A DNA stretch of 64,000 nt from Cenarchaeum sp. (lineage in GTDB: Archaea > Thermoproteota > Nitrososphaeria > Nitrososphaerales > Nitrosopumilaceae): positions 1,152,001 to 1,216,000 of the forward strand of contig OY843768.1 in the NCBI GenBank assembly GCA_963693095.2, given 5' to 3'. The position numbers and the translations under genes were made by a program. How positions within the stretch are numbered: position 1 is the stretch's first letter; the number at the start of each line of letters is the position of its first letter. The notes under the pieces are model-generated. The model did no database searches. It had not been told where the DNA came from and saw nothing but the letters and a program-made list of their open reading frames with translations. Positions 18,760 through 27,737 of the stretch are shown one piece after another.

Positions 18760-20144
18760 GTGGTGGCGCCTCCGGCCTCGGCGGCAGGCTCGCGCGCGCC
18801 GGCCGGCTCGCCGTCCCCTGTGCTATCCGGTGCGCCGTCCCCTGTGCTATCCGGTGCGCCGTCCCCTGTGCTATCCGGTGCGCCGTCCCCTGTGCTATCC
18901 GGTGCGCCGTCCCCTGTGCTATCCGGTGCGCCGTCCCCTGTGCTATCCGGTGCGCCGTCCCCTGTGCTATCCGGTGCGCCGTCCCCTGTGCTATCCGGTG
19001 CGCCGTCCCCTGTGCTATCCGGTGCGCCGTCCCCTGTGCTATCCGGTGCGCCGTCCCCTGTGCTATCCGGTGCGCCGTCCCCTGTGCTATCCGGTGCGCC
19101 GTCCCCTGTGCTATCCGGTGCGCCGTCACTTGGGCTGGTCGGCTTGCCGTCCTCGTACGTCGTGCGCGTGCGCCACTGCTTGGGGTACGTGCCGGGCTTC
19201 ATTATGATCCTGTTTGTGCGAAACGCGTTTCCGTGCGAGGCATCGGCAATCTCACGCGCTCCAAGCTCGGCAGAGGCGAGGGCGACGACCTCGCCCTTTT
19301 GCGTGTACACTCCCACCGTGTCCCCCGCGTTGAGGTCAGATGAGACGCGCAGGACCCCGGGAACCGCAAGCTGCGCGCCATGGCACAGCGCGTCGACTGC
19401 CGAGTCGCGAATGACGACGGACTTTAGGCCCTCAAAGGTGTCCTCGACCGGACGGATCATGCGCACGAGTCGCTCAGAGTCGCCACTCTCCTTCCACCTC
19501 GCGTGCGCGTCGGCGAGCTCGTTCATTGTGACGAGGCCGCACGTGCGCTCCTCAAAGTGGTCCACGCGAGTGCGGCGCAGCTCTATCATTGTCGCACCGG
19601 GACCCATGAGCTCGCCCATGTCATAGAATAGCTTGCGTATGTACGTGCCGGCCTCGCACACGACGCGCAGCAGCGCAAGCTGGCCGCGCCGCTCGAGGAG
19701 GTCCATCTCGTGGATCGTGCGCGTGCGCGTGCGCCTGCTCACCGCAGAGCGTTGCGGCGGCTTTTGGTATATCTCGCCGGTGAACAGTGCCATCGTCTCC
19801 TCAAGGGAGTGCTTTGACTCGCCGTGGATGCGCCCTAGCGCATGGTACTCCTTTGGCCCGAGGAGGAGGACGCCGAGGGCCTTTGTCGCCTCGCCGAGGC
19901 CCAGCGGCAGGACGCCAGAGACCTGCGGATCCAGCGTGCCGCTGTGGCCGATCTTTGGCAGGTCGAGCATGCGCTTTGTCCACGCGACGACCTCGTGGCT
20001 AGTCGGCCCCGGTGGCTTGTCAAGGAGTATGAGGCCATAGTCGAGCATCTGCTCGACTGTCCTTGACTCTGGCCTCGTCCCGTACGATTCGTCCGTCTCG
20101 TCCTCGTCGATGACCATGAGGCCCTCGAGGCGCGACGGGCTCAA
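18756..20144 (-). CDS. cbf5: H/ACA RNA-guided pseudouridine synthase Cbf5 with a repeat-expanded acidic C-terminal tail
   Basis: LDKPPGPTSHEV, GHSGTLDP, CEAGTYIRKL, PUA domain; tail (GAPDSTGD)x13. Confidence 0.95.
   Translation of the reverse strand: MSPSRLEGLMVIDEDETDESYGTRPESRTVEQMLDYGLILLDKPPGPTSHEVVAWTKRMLDLPKIGHSGTLDPQVSGVLPLGLGEATKALGVLLLGPKEYHALGRIHGESKHSLEETMALFTGEIYQKPPQRSAVSRRTRTRTIHEMDLLERRGQLALLRVVCEAGTYIRKLFYDMGELMGPGATMIELRRTRVDHFEERTCGLVTMNELADAHARWKESGDSERLVRMIRPVEDTFEGLKSVVIRDSAVDALCHGAQLAVPGVLRVSSDLNAGDTVGVYTQKGEVVALASAELGAREIADASHGNAFRTNRIIMKPGTYPKQWRTRTTYEDGKPTSPSDGAPDSTGDGAPDSTGDGAPDSTGDGAPDSTGDGAPDSTGDGAPDSTGDGAPDSTGDGAPDSTGDGAPDSTGDGAPDSTGDGAPDSTGDGAPDSTGDGAPDSTGDGEPAGAREPAAEAGGATT
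18811..19127. repeat. Perfect 24-bp tandem repeat x13 (CCGTCCCCTGTGCTATCCGGTGCG) inside cbf5
   Basis: Counted directly: 18811-19122 = 13 identical units, plus a partial unit. Confidence 0.97.
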
Positions 20145-20698
20145 GCGTGCGCCTCCACTGCGCGCACGGCCGCCTTGATGACTGCGTCGGCGTCAAGTGA
20201 GTCAGTCTGTATCACGCTGTCAAAGACTGACAGGTCCTCCCCAAAGTCAAACCCATAGAGGCGCTTGTAGAGGGCGACGTTGGACCTGTAGCGCCTCTGC
20301 GTGACGGCGAGGGCCTCGTCGTGGTCCATGCTGTCGCGCGTTCGCATGCGCCTAGCGCTGCTCTCATGCGAGCCGGCAAGCCATATCTTTGTCCCGTCCT
20401 TTACGAGCCAGGGGAGCGTATAGCTAGTGATGACTGCGCCGCCGGCATCAAATATCTCGGCGAGCCGGCCGTCGACCTCGCGGTCAAACTTGTCATCGTG
20501 CATGCGCTGCTCGAGAAACGCCATTCCCTCTGGCCTGTCCCACCAGTCATCGCCGCCGCCAGTCGAGCCGCTGCGCTGCGCTATCTCCTTGAGGACATCG
20601 CCGCCGCTCACGTGGCGCATGCCAAACTTGCTTGCGAGGGCGAGGGCAACTGTGGTCTTTCCGACAGCGGGCGGGCCGGAAATCACTATGGATCTCAT
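20141..20698 (-). CDS. cmk: Cytidylate kinase (archaeal type)
   Basis: ISGPPAVGKTT P-loop; conserved position adk-DUF106-cmk-cbf5. Confidence 0.88.
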   Translation of the reverse strand: MRSIVISGPPAVGKTTVALALASKFGMRHVSGGDVLKEIAQRSGSTGGGDDWWDRPEGMAFLEQRMHDDKFDREVDGRLAEIFDAGGAVITSYTLPWLVKDGTKIWLAGSHESSARRMRTRDSMDHDEALAVTQRRYRSNVALYKRLYGFDFGEDLSVFDSVIQTDSLDADAVIKAAVRAVEAHA

Positions 20699-21321
20699 CA
20701 GCCCATTTCCATCGACGTCTTTGTCAACTTCATGATAATGCCGCTAAAGGCGACAGATGACAAAAAGTACCACGCCCAGAAATAGACGGCGTTCTCCTCC
20801 TCACAGACGTGTTCTGGATCGGTGGCCTGTTCGGCGGTGCACGTGAGCTGGAAGAAATCGCCCGGTATGACGTTTAGCGGTATTGGCGAGAGCGCGACTG
20901 TATATGAGAAGAGCGGCGGGAGGACAAAGTAGAATATGAGGATGAGCGGGACAAACGTTATCATCATTGGGCGCATGTTCATCTGCATCATCTCCATGTT
21001 GAGCTTGCTCATGTAAGAGGACTTTTTTGAGAGGTCTGCGAGCTTTTTCTCGTCCTTTGCGCGAAAGGCCGCCATGCGCTCCTTTTGCCATGCGCGCGTC
21101 TCGCGCATTATCCGCTTTAGCTTTGACTGGTCAACGAGCTTTCTGCGTATGAACGCGTTGAACATGTTTAGCATGATCGCAAAGCCGAGTATGCCGCCCA
21201 TCGAGGCCACCGTGCCGCGAATGAGCGGATCCGCACTGCCGAGGGGCCCGCCCGAAGAGACGCCAAAGAGATCCCCCTGGAGCGCAAAGTGCGAGAGGGC
21301 CATGATGACTCCCTCTAGCAT
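20698..21321 (-). CDS. EMC3/TMCO1 family membrane protein (DUF106)
   Basis: TM-coiled coil-TM layout, MRPM.ITFVP, WAWYFLSS; conserved context. Confidence 0.88.
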   Translation of the reverse strand: MLEGVIMALSHFALQGDLFGVSSGGPLGSADPLIRGTVASMGGILGFAIMLNMFNAFIRRKLVDQSKLKRIMRETRAWQKERMAAFRAKDEKKLADLSKKSSYMSKLNMEMMQMNMRPMMITFVPLILIFYFVLPPLFSYTVALSPIPLNVIPGDFFQLTCTAEQATDPEHVCEEENAVYFWAWYFLSSVAFSGIIMKLTKTSMEMG

Positions 21322-21899
21322 AGCAGACCCACGCTCCTGAGGATCGCCTCGGCGGCCTCGGCGGCCTTGCCGTCGGCGTTAAAGACGGGCATCACCGGCG
21401 AGCCCGAATGGACCGAGCATGCCGAGAGCATGGCGTCCTGTATGGCAAGCTCGCGCTTTATGCCCGATATCGAGTTCCGGTCGCGCGTGCGCGACGTGTC
21501 GCTCTCGCGCCGGCTGAATATCCTCTCCGGCCTTGCAGTCAGCGAGATGAGGTGCGTGGGCCGCACAATGTCGAGGATCGGCGAGGGGAGGCCAGGATAG
21601 TAGCCCGATGGCGTGGCGATAAACGCGTGCGTGTCTATGACGACTACCTCGGAGGCTATGCGCGATATCGACTTTGCGGCCTCGCGCTGCAGGAGCTCCT
21701 GCTCGTCGCGGCCCTCCTTGCGAAGCTCGTCACGGTCGTCGATTCCGCGCTTTTGCGCCTGCTCTAGCATCTCGGTCCCAAAGCTCACAACGCGCACGTC
21801 CTTGTCCATGCTCTTAAGAATCCTGACGACGTGCTCGACTACGGTGGTCTTGCCCACGCCTGGTATACCCACGATCACCACGCGCCTAGTGCCGTCCAA
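21315..21899 (-). CDS. adk: Adenylate kinase (archaeal type)
   Basis: VGIPGVGKTT, RDELRK, IDTHA..TP.GY.PGLP; likely TTG start at 21899. Confidence 0.92.
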   Translation of the reverse strand: MDGTRRVVIVGIPGVGKTTVVEHVVRILKSMDKDVRVVSFGTEMLEQAQKRGIDDRDELRKEGRDEQELLQREAAKSISRIASEVVVIDTHAFIATPSGYYPGLPSPILDIVRPTHLISLTARPERIFSRRESDTSRTRDRNSISGIKRELAIQDAMLSACSVHSGSPVMPVFNADGKAAEAAEAILRSVGLLC

Positions 21900-23316
21900 G
21901 TATAGCACCGAGCCTTGGCATGACAACCTCGACTTGTTCGCGGACGAGCTGGTTGTAATAGTTGATGAGAATGTCGACCATGAGGAGCACGCCGATTCCG
22001 GATCCAAACACGCCAAGAACGTCAGATATGCCGGCGAGGAGCCCGAGTATGACAGAGCCGAGTATGGTGACTGACGGGATGTACTTGTTCAATAGCGCCT
22101 CCACTGGCTTGTTTGAGCGGCGGAATCCCGGTATCTGCACGTCGGCATCAAGGAGGTTCTTGGCCGCGCTGCGCGGCGAGAGGCCGCCGAGCTCGACCCA
22201 GAGGCGGCCAAATATGACGACAATGCCGACCATAAAGAGCACATAGAGCACGGCGCGCGACGGGTCAAGGGCCGCAATGTCCAGGCCTCGTGGCGGCGTG
22301 ACATAGTAGACCAGTCCCCCGATCGGCGTTGACGGGTTTGTCGGGTCAAACTGCGCAAGGAGGTTCATAAACACATTATTGTTGAGGGGGTTGGCGTTTG
22401 CCCATAATATCTGCCCGATAAACACGGCGTTTGCCGTAAGCGCAGAGGCGAGTATTACAGGGATGTTTGAGACGTACATTAGCTTTATCGGGTAGACTGC
22501 CGAAAAGCCCCTGTACTTTGTCGAGACGATGGGGATCTCGACCTTCATGCCCTGCGTGTAGACAAGTATGAGCAGGACGATTCCGGTGAGAATGAGGCCA
22601 AATATGCTTGGCAACTGGTTTGATCTAAAGAAGACATCAGAGAGGTCGCCGGCGGCAATTGACTGACCGAGAAACGGTATGATTCCGATAGTACCGCCGT
22701 CGCCGGCAGGCAGCGGGCTGAACAGGCTCCAGAGTATCTGCTGGGCGACTCCGGCCATGATAAAGAGGCTGATTCCGCTTCCAAGACCCCATCCCTTCTG
22801 GATGAGCTCGTCAAGAAACATGATGATCACCGAGGCCGCCATTAGCTGTCCCACTAGGATATAGAGGACGTTGGGGTCAGTTATGCCTGGACCATACACG
22901 GCAATGCCGTACACTATGGACTCGGCTACGATAACAACATAGGTCACAAGCTTTGTGGCAGTCTGAAAGACACCACGCTCCTCGGGTTTTTTAAAGTTGA
23001 ACTTTATGATCTCTGATCCGCGCAATAGCTGCATGAGCAGGCCGGCCGTGACTATGGGGCCGATGCCAAGCTCGACGAGTGTGCCCTGCTGCGACGCAAA
23101 TATCACGCGCGCAAACGCCAAAAAGTCAAACTCGGGCGTCGTCGCGCCAAAGAGCGGCGTCTGCGCCATGACCATGTAGATGAGGAGCGCAAGGCCTGAC
23201 CACATGAGCCTCGACTGGAGCGGGAGCTTGCGCTTTGGCTTTGGAACCTGCGGCAGGTACGGCTCGGCGACTGCCACGACGCGGTATATTGCGGAGGTGA
23301 GTGACCCCTCAGCCAT
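21886..23316 (-). CDS. secY: Preprotein translocase subunit SecY
   Basis: ELGIGPIVTAGL, KGWGLGSGISLFI, YPIKLMYVSNIP, GSGIGVLLMV. Confidence 0.97.
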   Translation of the reverse strand: MAEGSLTSAIYRVVAVAEPYLPQVPKPKRKLPLQSRLMWSGLALLIYMVMAQTPLFGATTPEFDFLAFARVIFASQQGTLVELGIGPIVTAGLLMQLLRGSEIIKFNFKKPEERGVFQTATKLVTYVVIVAESIVYGIAVYGPGITDPNVLYILVGQLMAASVIIMFLDELIQKGWGLGSGISLFIMAGVAQQILWSLFSPLPAGDGGTIGIIPFLGQSIAAGDLSDVFFRSNQLPSIFGLILTGIVLLILVYTQGMKVEIPIVSTKYRGFSAVYPIKLMYVSNIPVILASALTANAVFIGQILWANANPLNNNVFMNLLAQFDPTNPSTPIGGLVYYVTPPRGLDIAALDPSRAVLYVLFMVGIVVIFGRLWVELGGLSPRSAAKNLLDADVQIPGFRRSNKPVEALLNKYIPSVTILGSVILGLLAGISDVLGVFGSGIGVLLMVDILINYYNQLVREQVEVVMPRLGAILGRH

Positions 23317-23770
23317 TCTCGTCCACCGTGCCGCCGGATTTTGCCCCCTTGGCCTGCGAGACAATCTCGCCGCCGGCGTCGCTGACCTTTTTGGCCGCAG
23401 ACGGCGTAAACCTGTCGACGATGACGGCGTACGCTCCCTGGACAGAACCGCCGCCTAGGAGCTTTTCATATCCGCCGGCGCGCAGGTCGACTATGCGCTT
23501 GCCGCCCTCCTCGCGGCCATGGTGCGCATAGAGATCCCCGAGATCCCGCACGGATGCCCACTTTTTGGCGTCATTCGAGTATGGGGGGTGCGTCGAGTCA
23601 TGGCCAAAGTGGTCTGGATCGTCGCGCAGCATCGAGCTAAAGTGGTGCTTTAGCTGCCCTGATGCGCCAAGGCCGCCCTTGTGGCCGCTGGCCCTGTGCT
23701 GGCCAACCTGGCCCCAACCGTGCGTGCGCGACCCCCGAAGCTTTCTTGTCTTGCGCATCCTTGTGGCCAT
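23309..23770 (-). CDS. rpl15: 50S ribosomal protein uL15
   Basis: RKLRGSRTHGWG...HR..G..GG.G, GYEKLLG.G. Confidence 0.95.
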   Translation of the reverse strand: MATRMRKTRKLRGSRTHGWGQVGQHRASGHKGGLGASGQLKHHFSSMLRDDPDHFGHDSTHPPYSNDAKKWASVRDLGDLYAHHGREEGGKRIVDLRAGGYEKLLGGGSVQGAYAVIVDRFTPSAAKKVSDAGGEIVSQAKGAKSGGTVDENG

Positions 23771-23772
23771 GT

Positions 23773-24240
23773 CTATCCCATCATCCTCCGCACAATCTCC
23801 TCGAGGTCAGGATTCTTGCCGAGTATGCCGTTCTGGCCGCGCATCTTTTTTGTGCTCCGCCTAAACCCATGGCGCGGCGGGGCCAGCGCAAACCACGGCT
23901 TGAGGCCCTTGACGTTGCGCATGGACACGCTTCCGGAGGCGAGGGACTCGGCGAGCTCTGTGGTGCTCGTGTACCCCTCGGGCATTGGCCCGCCCTCGAG
24001 TCGGCGGTAGCCGCTCGTGTGGCCGCGCGAGTCGAGGAGCTCGCGCGTGAGATCCGCATTTGCGTCGGTCCAGGAGACATAGTGCTTTACCTTGTTTAGC
24101 ATGCCTAGCGTGTTCTCGCGTGCCGGAATTATGGTCGCGCGGAACTTTTTCTCGAGGCGGAGGAGCTCGAGCGTGCGCGAGGCCCAGTGCGGCACGTCGG
24201 CCTGCCCCTTTATTCTAACCACGAGATACGCTCCTGTCAC
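23773..24240 (-). CDS. rpl30: 50S ribosomal protein uL30
   Basis: YLVVRIKG, TLELLRL, GML.KVKHYVSW, LAPPRHGF. Confidence 0.95.
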   Translation of the reverse strand: MTGAYLVVRIKGQADVPHWASRTLELLRLEKKFRATIIPARENTLGMLNKVKHYVSWTDANADLTRELLDSRGHTSGYRRLEGGPMPEGYTSTTELAESLASGSVSMRNVKGLKPWFALAPPRHGFRRSTKKMRGQNGILGKNPDLEEIVRRMMG

Positions 24241-24247
24241 TGCACCA

Positions 24248-24874
24248 TCAACCCTGGCTGAACGTCTGCCTAAGGCACGCGAGGAGCGCCTTTGACGTTG
24301 ACGTCATTGTTGTAGTTGAGCCCTTTGCCGATGTCCACGCATCCTTTAGGCCAGCGAGCTCGAGTAGTCGGCGCATCTTGCCGCCTGCGACGAGGCCAAG
24401 ACCGCGCGGTGCGGGAAATATCTCGATAGTCACGCTGCCCCCGCGGCCGCGCACCTTGAATGGTATCGAGTGGTTCTGGTCGCACCTGCACTCCCAGCTC
24501 CCGCATCCCAGCCTTATTGGGCTGACATTGAGGTACGCGTGGCTCGTCGCCTTTTCTATGGCGACGCGTATCTGCTTTGACTTGCCCTGGCCTATTCCGA
24601 GCCAGCCGTTGGAGTTGCCGGCGGCGACGATTGCCTTGAAGCGCGTTGACTGGCCGTTGGCAGTCATCTTTTGTATGATTCCGACATCGACGACCTCGGT
24701 CTCAAGGTCTGGGAGTAGCTTTTTGATAATGCCGGCCTCCTGTATGCGCAGGCCAGACTCGAGTATCTCCTCCATCGACGTGACCTCGCCGGCGGCCACG
24801 CGCTTTCCAAGCGAGGTCTTTGGAACCCATGGCTCCTCCTCCTCGCGCGAGCGCCTCTGCTGTGGGCGATTCAG
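24248..24874 (-). CDS. rps5: 30S ribosomal protein uS5 (apparent CTG start)
   Basis: WVPKT.LG..V..GE and GCGSWEC.C motifs. The conserved N-terminus lies upstream of the first GTG (24799); CTG at 24874 overlaps the rpl18 TGA and follows a GAGGTG Shine-Dalgarno. Confidence 0.93.
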   Translation of the reverse strand: MNRPQQRRSREEEEPWVPKTSLGKRVAAGEVTSMEEILESGLRIQEAGIIKKLLPDLETEVVDVGIIQKMTANGQSTRFKAIVAAGNSNGWLGIGQGKSKQIRVAIEKATSHAYLNVSPIRLGCGSWECRCDQNHSIPFKVRGRGGSVTIEIFPAPRGLGLVAGGKMRRLLELAGLKDAWTSAKGSTTTMTSTSKALLACLRQTFSQG

Positions 24875-25359
24875 GATGATGGCACCTCGGAGTCTATGGC
24901 CGACTTTATCGCCGCAACGTCGTTCTTTACGCGAAGGTGCGCTCCCTCGAGGCGCTCCTGCGGGGGGAACGAGTCAGCCGAAGACGGCACGTCAAGGCCC
25001 GCATCGACTAGGCCCTTTAGGGCCGCGGCCATGCGCTGCGTGTAGCGACGCGTGCCGCTATAGAGTATCGCAGTGGCCGTGCCTCCTGCAGCGGCCCTCT
25101 TGCCGGCGAGGTAGCCGGTCATGTAGGCTGCCGGAATGCTCTTGCGCGAGCCCTTCCAGCCCTTGCCGAGGAGAAAGCGCGAGTGGGCCGAGGCGACTAC
25201 GAGGTCACCGGTCATGCCCGCCTTTAGAACCTGCACCTGCGCGTTCTCGTTGGATATGTGAACCGTCACAAAGGGCCTCTTGCCCATGAGCATGGCCCTG
25301 CGCTTGCGATAGTTTGTCTTCTCCTCACGAAGCCTTCGAAGTATCCTGGCGTGGGCCAT
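24871..25359 (-). CDS. rpl18: 50S ribosomal protein uL18
   Basis: RR.REEKTNYRKR, AAY.TGYLAG, AALKG..DAGL.VP; own TATA (TTAAAAA, ~25387-25393). Confidence 0.95.
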   Translation of the reverse strand: MAHARILRRLREEKTNYRKRRAMLMGKRPFVTVHISNENAQVQVLKAGMTGDLVVASAHSRFLLGKGWKGSRKSIPAAYMTGYLAGKRAAAGGTATAILYSGTRRYTQRMAAALKGLVDAGLDVPSSADSFPPQERLEGAHLRVKNDVAAIKSAIDSEVPSS

Positions 25360-25573
25360 TCCGAGACGCGCGCGCCTAATCTGCTCTTTTTAAGCCTACC
25401 CCGCCATGGGGGCTCAACGCCCATGGAGACGGCCAGACAGGCACAGTCCGGCCCTGTCCGGCCCTGCCACGCCATGCCCGCAGTGCCCAAACCGCAGTGC
25501 CCGGACCGCACCCCCCGCAGTCGACCAGTGCGCCCCGGAGCCCCCCGTCCGGGCCTCTTCCCCACAGGGCCCG

Positions 25574-25978
25574 TCAGGGCACTCGCGAGACGTGCATGTG
25601 GGCGACCTTCCAGGAGCCCTCCCTGATGAGCACAAACGTTGCGCGCGAGACTGTCCTGACGTGCTCGCCGCTAAACGTCTTGTTGTCGACTAGCATCCCG
25701 CTCTGCTCGAGCTCAAAGGCGGCCACGGCCATGTCCCCTCGGGCAATGACGCGCTCGTCGCGCACGCGATAGTCATAGTCTGATATGGCCGCCAGGCGCA
25801 TCTCGGCGAGCACCGAGGTCGTCTCGGCGTCATGCATGCCATACGGCGGCACGTCAGCAAAGCTCGAGAATGCCGGATCGCCGGCGTGCATGAGGCGCAT
25901 CGCCGCAAAGTCCCTCGACTTGCCCGCATCAAGGTACGCGCGCACGGCGTCCATGACGGCGCCCTCTCCTGTGACCAT
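25574..25978 (-). CDS. NTF2/SnoaL-like fold protein
   Basis: C-terminal RATFVL...GSWKVAHMHVS typical of the SnoaL/DUF4440 family. Confidence 0.8.
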   Translation of the reverse strand: MVTGEGAVMDAVRAYLDAGKSRDFAAMRLMHAGDPAFSSFADVPPYGMHDAETTSVLAEMRLAAISDYDYRVRDERVIARGDMAVAAFELEQSGMLVDNKTFSGEHVRTVSRATFVLIREGSWKVAHMHVSRVP

Positions 25979-26076
25979 GCCCCGCGTGGTGAGCCATCAT
26001 GGTTAAATCTCTAGCTTGCGCCCCACGCCCAGTGCGCGCGTTGGGTTAAATAGTTGCGCGGGCCGGTGGCGAATCC

Positions 26077-27231
26077 ATGAGGCATGACATAGTCGTCGCC
26101 GGCGGGAGCATTGCCGGCCTCTTGTGCGCAAGGGAGGTGGCGCGCCAGGGCCACAGCGTCATGGTCATAGAGCGTCACGGCGAGATAGGGGCGCCTGACC
26201 ACTGTGGCGGGCTCGTCAGCGCCGATGCGCTCGACTCCCTCGGCGTTGGCGGCAGGCAAGAGTATGTCGGCAACGCAATAGAGCGCGCAGTGGTCTGCTC
26301 GCCAGGCGGGCAGAGCTTTGATATCCGCGTCGGCAGCAGTGTTGTGGAGCTTAGCCGGCGCGCCCTTGACAGGAGGATCGCGCGCGAGGCGCAGGACTGT
26401 GGTGCGCACATACGCACGTCGGTGCGCTGCACTGGAACAGGTGACGGTGTCGTCCACACGAGCGCAGGGGACATTGCGTGCAGGATTGTCGTGGACGCCA
26501 CGGGCATTGCGTCGCTCGTCTCCAGGGGAATGCGCGAGGGCGTCGTCGCCTCGGCGCAGGCCGAGGTTCTTGCCCCGTGGATAGAGCGCGGGGGCGTAGA
26601 GGTCATGCTTGATGCGGCGAGGTATCCCGGATTTTTTGCGTGGGTCATAGCATCAGAGGACGGGCGCGGCAAGGTCGGAGTCGCCGGCTCGGGAATCGAC
26701 GCTGCCGGCGCGCTGCGCGCGCTGCTTGACTCTAGGGGGACGCACTCGGAGCTCAGAACGGTCAGCGCGCCCATATGGGTTGGCGGACACGCCGGAGAGT
26801 TTGTCGACGGGCAGACCGTGTACGCAGGCGATGCCGCAGGCCAGACAAAGCCGACGACTGCCGGCGGGATACTCTCTGGCGGCATGGGCGGCATAATGGC
26901 CGGTGCTGCGATATCCTCGTTCCTCGAGTCCGGCGACCCCTCAGACCTTGGCGCATATCGCACTGCGTGGGAGGCCATGTTTGGGGCCGAGTTTGGCAGG
27001 CAGCTCCTCGCGCGCCGTCTCCTGGCAGCCCTGGACAACGCCACCATTGACGCGCTCGTGGGAGCCGTGACGCCAGAGGTCGCGGCGCGAGTCGCCGAGG
27101 GCGGCAGCTTTGACTTTCATGCCGGCTCCATAGCCAGGATCCTTGGCGCCAGGGGCGCAATAGGCCTGCTTCGGCGGCTGCCGGCAGCAGACGTGGCTCG
27201 CCTCATGGCCGCGATGGCCGGCAAACTATAA
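26077..27231 (+). CDS. FAD-dependent oxidoreductase, geranylgeranyl reductase family
   Basis: VAGGSIAG, HCGG, GFFAWVI, GDAAGQTKPTTAGGI. Confidence 0.88.
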   Translation: MRHDIVVAGGSIAGLLCAREVARQGHSVMVIERHGEIGAPDHCGGLVSADALDSLGVGGRQEYVGNAIERAVVCSPGGQSFDIRVGSSVVELSRRALDRRIAREAQDCGAHIRTSVRCTGTGDGVVHTSAGDIACRIVVDATGIASLVSRGMREGVVASAQAEVLAPWIERGGVEVMLDAARYPGFFAWVIASEDGRGKVGVAGSGIDAAGALRALLDSRGTHSELRTVSAPIWVGGHAGEFVDGQTVYAGDAAGQTKPTTAGGILSGGMGGIMAGAAISSFLESGDPSDLGAYRTAWEAMFGAEFGRQLLARRLLAALDNATIDALVGAVTPEVAARVAEGGSFDFHAGSIARILGARGAIGLLRRLPAADVARLMAAMAGKL

Positions 27232-27256
27232 ATCTCCATGCTCGCGGGGCGCGACC

Positions 27257-27439
27257 ATGTCGTCGCTGTCGCTGCCCGTATGCAGTTGCTGCCATAGGCA
27301 CATCATGCCAAATGACAAGTGCGTAAAGTTTAGCTGCCCCGAGTGCGGAAATGAGGCCTCTATGATCTGGCGCTGCCAGAGCTGCCGAGAGGCGGCCACG
27401 TCGTACAAGTGCACAGCGTGCGGCTTTGAGGGACCCTGA
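27257..27439 (+). CDS. Zn-ribbon RNA-binding protein (DUF1610 family)
   Basis: F.CPECG...IWRC..CR.....YKC..CGFEGP; upstream of EF-1beta. Confidence 0.9.
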   Translation: MSSLSLPVCSCCHRHIMPNDKCVKFSCPECGNEASMIWRCQSCREAATSYKCTACGFEGP

Positions 27440-27445
27440 GGAGCC

Positions 27446-27727
27446 ATGGCAAAGCTGGTCATAGCCGCAAAGATACTCCCGACTGACATAGATGTCGACC
27501 TCGACGGCATGGCCGCCGGCATAGGCGGTGCGCTCAAGGACGGCATAACGATGAAGAGGCACGTAAAGGAGCCGATCGCCTTTGGCCTGTTTGCGCTAAA
27601 GGCCGAGTTTGTCTGCGAGGACAAAGAGGGCCAGATGGACTCACTCGAGTCATCCGTGAGGTCAGTCAAGGGAGTGAGCGAGTTTGAGGTCCTAAACATG
27701 AGCCGCTCCTCAGTGGAGATGAAGTAG
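27446..27727 (+). CDS. ef1b: Translation elongation factor aEF-1beta
   Basis: KILP...DVDL, EPIAFGL.AL. Confidence 0.92.
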   Translation: MAKLVIAAKILPTDIDVDLDGMAAGIGGALKDGITMKRHVKEPIAFGLFALKAEFVCEDKEGQMDSLESSVRSVKGVSEFEVLNMSRSSVEMK

Positions 27728-27737
27728 GGTTTCTGCA

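Noticed and set aside
18811-19127. 24-bp repeat as a possible CRISPR array or separate repeat-peptide ORFs (CAIRCAVP, RRPLCYPV, HRIAQGTA)
   Set aside because: The units are head-to-tail with no spacers. The alternative frames are open only because the unit lacks stops; the cbf5 frame explains it.
24871-25400. Ribosomal cluster starting at uL18 without upstream eL32/eL19
   Set aside because: As far as I recall, this split of the spc-like cluster is normal in Nitrosopumilaceae; it has its own TATA and is not novel.
25400-25573. GC-rich intergenic stretch with short repeats (GTCCGGCCCT x2, CCGCAGTGCCC x2)
   Set aside because: No convincing stable fold, terminal inverted repeats or second copy in the window, so it cannot be called an sRNA or MITE.
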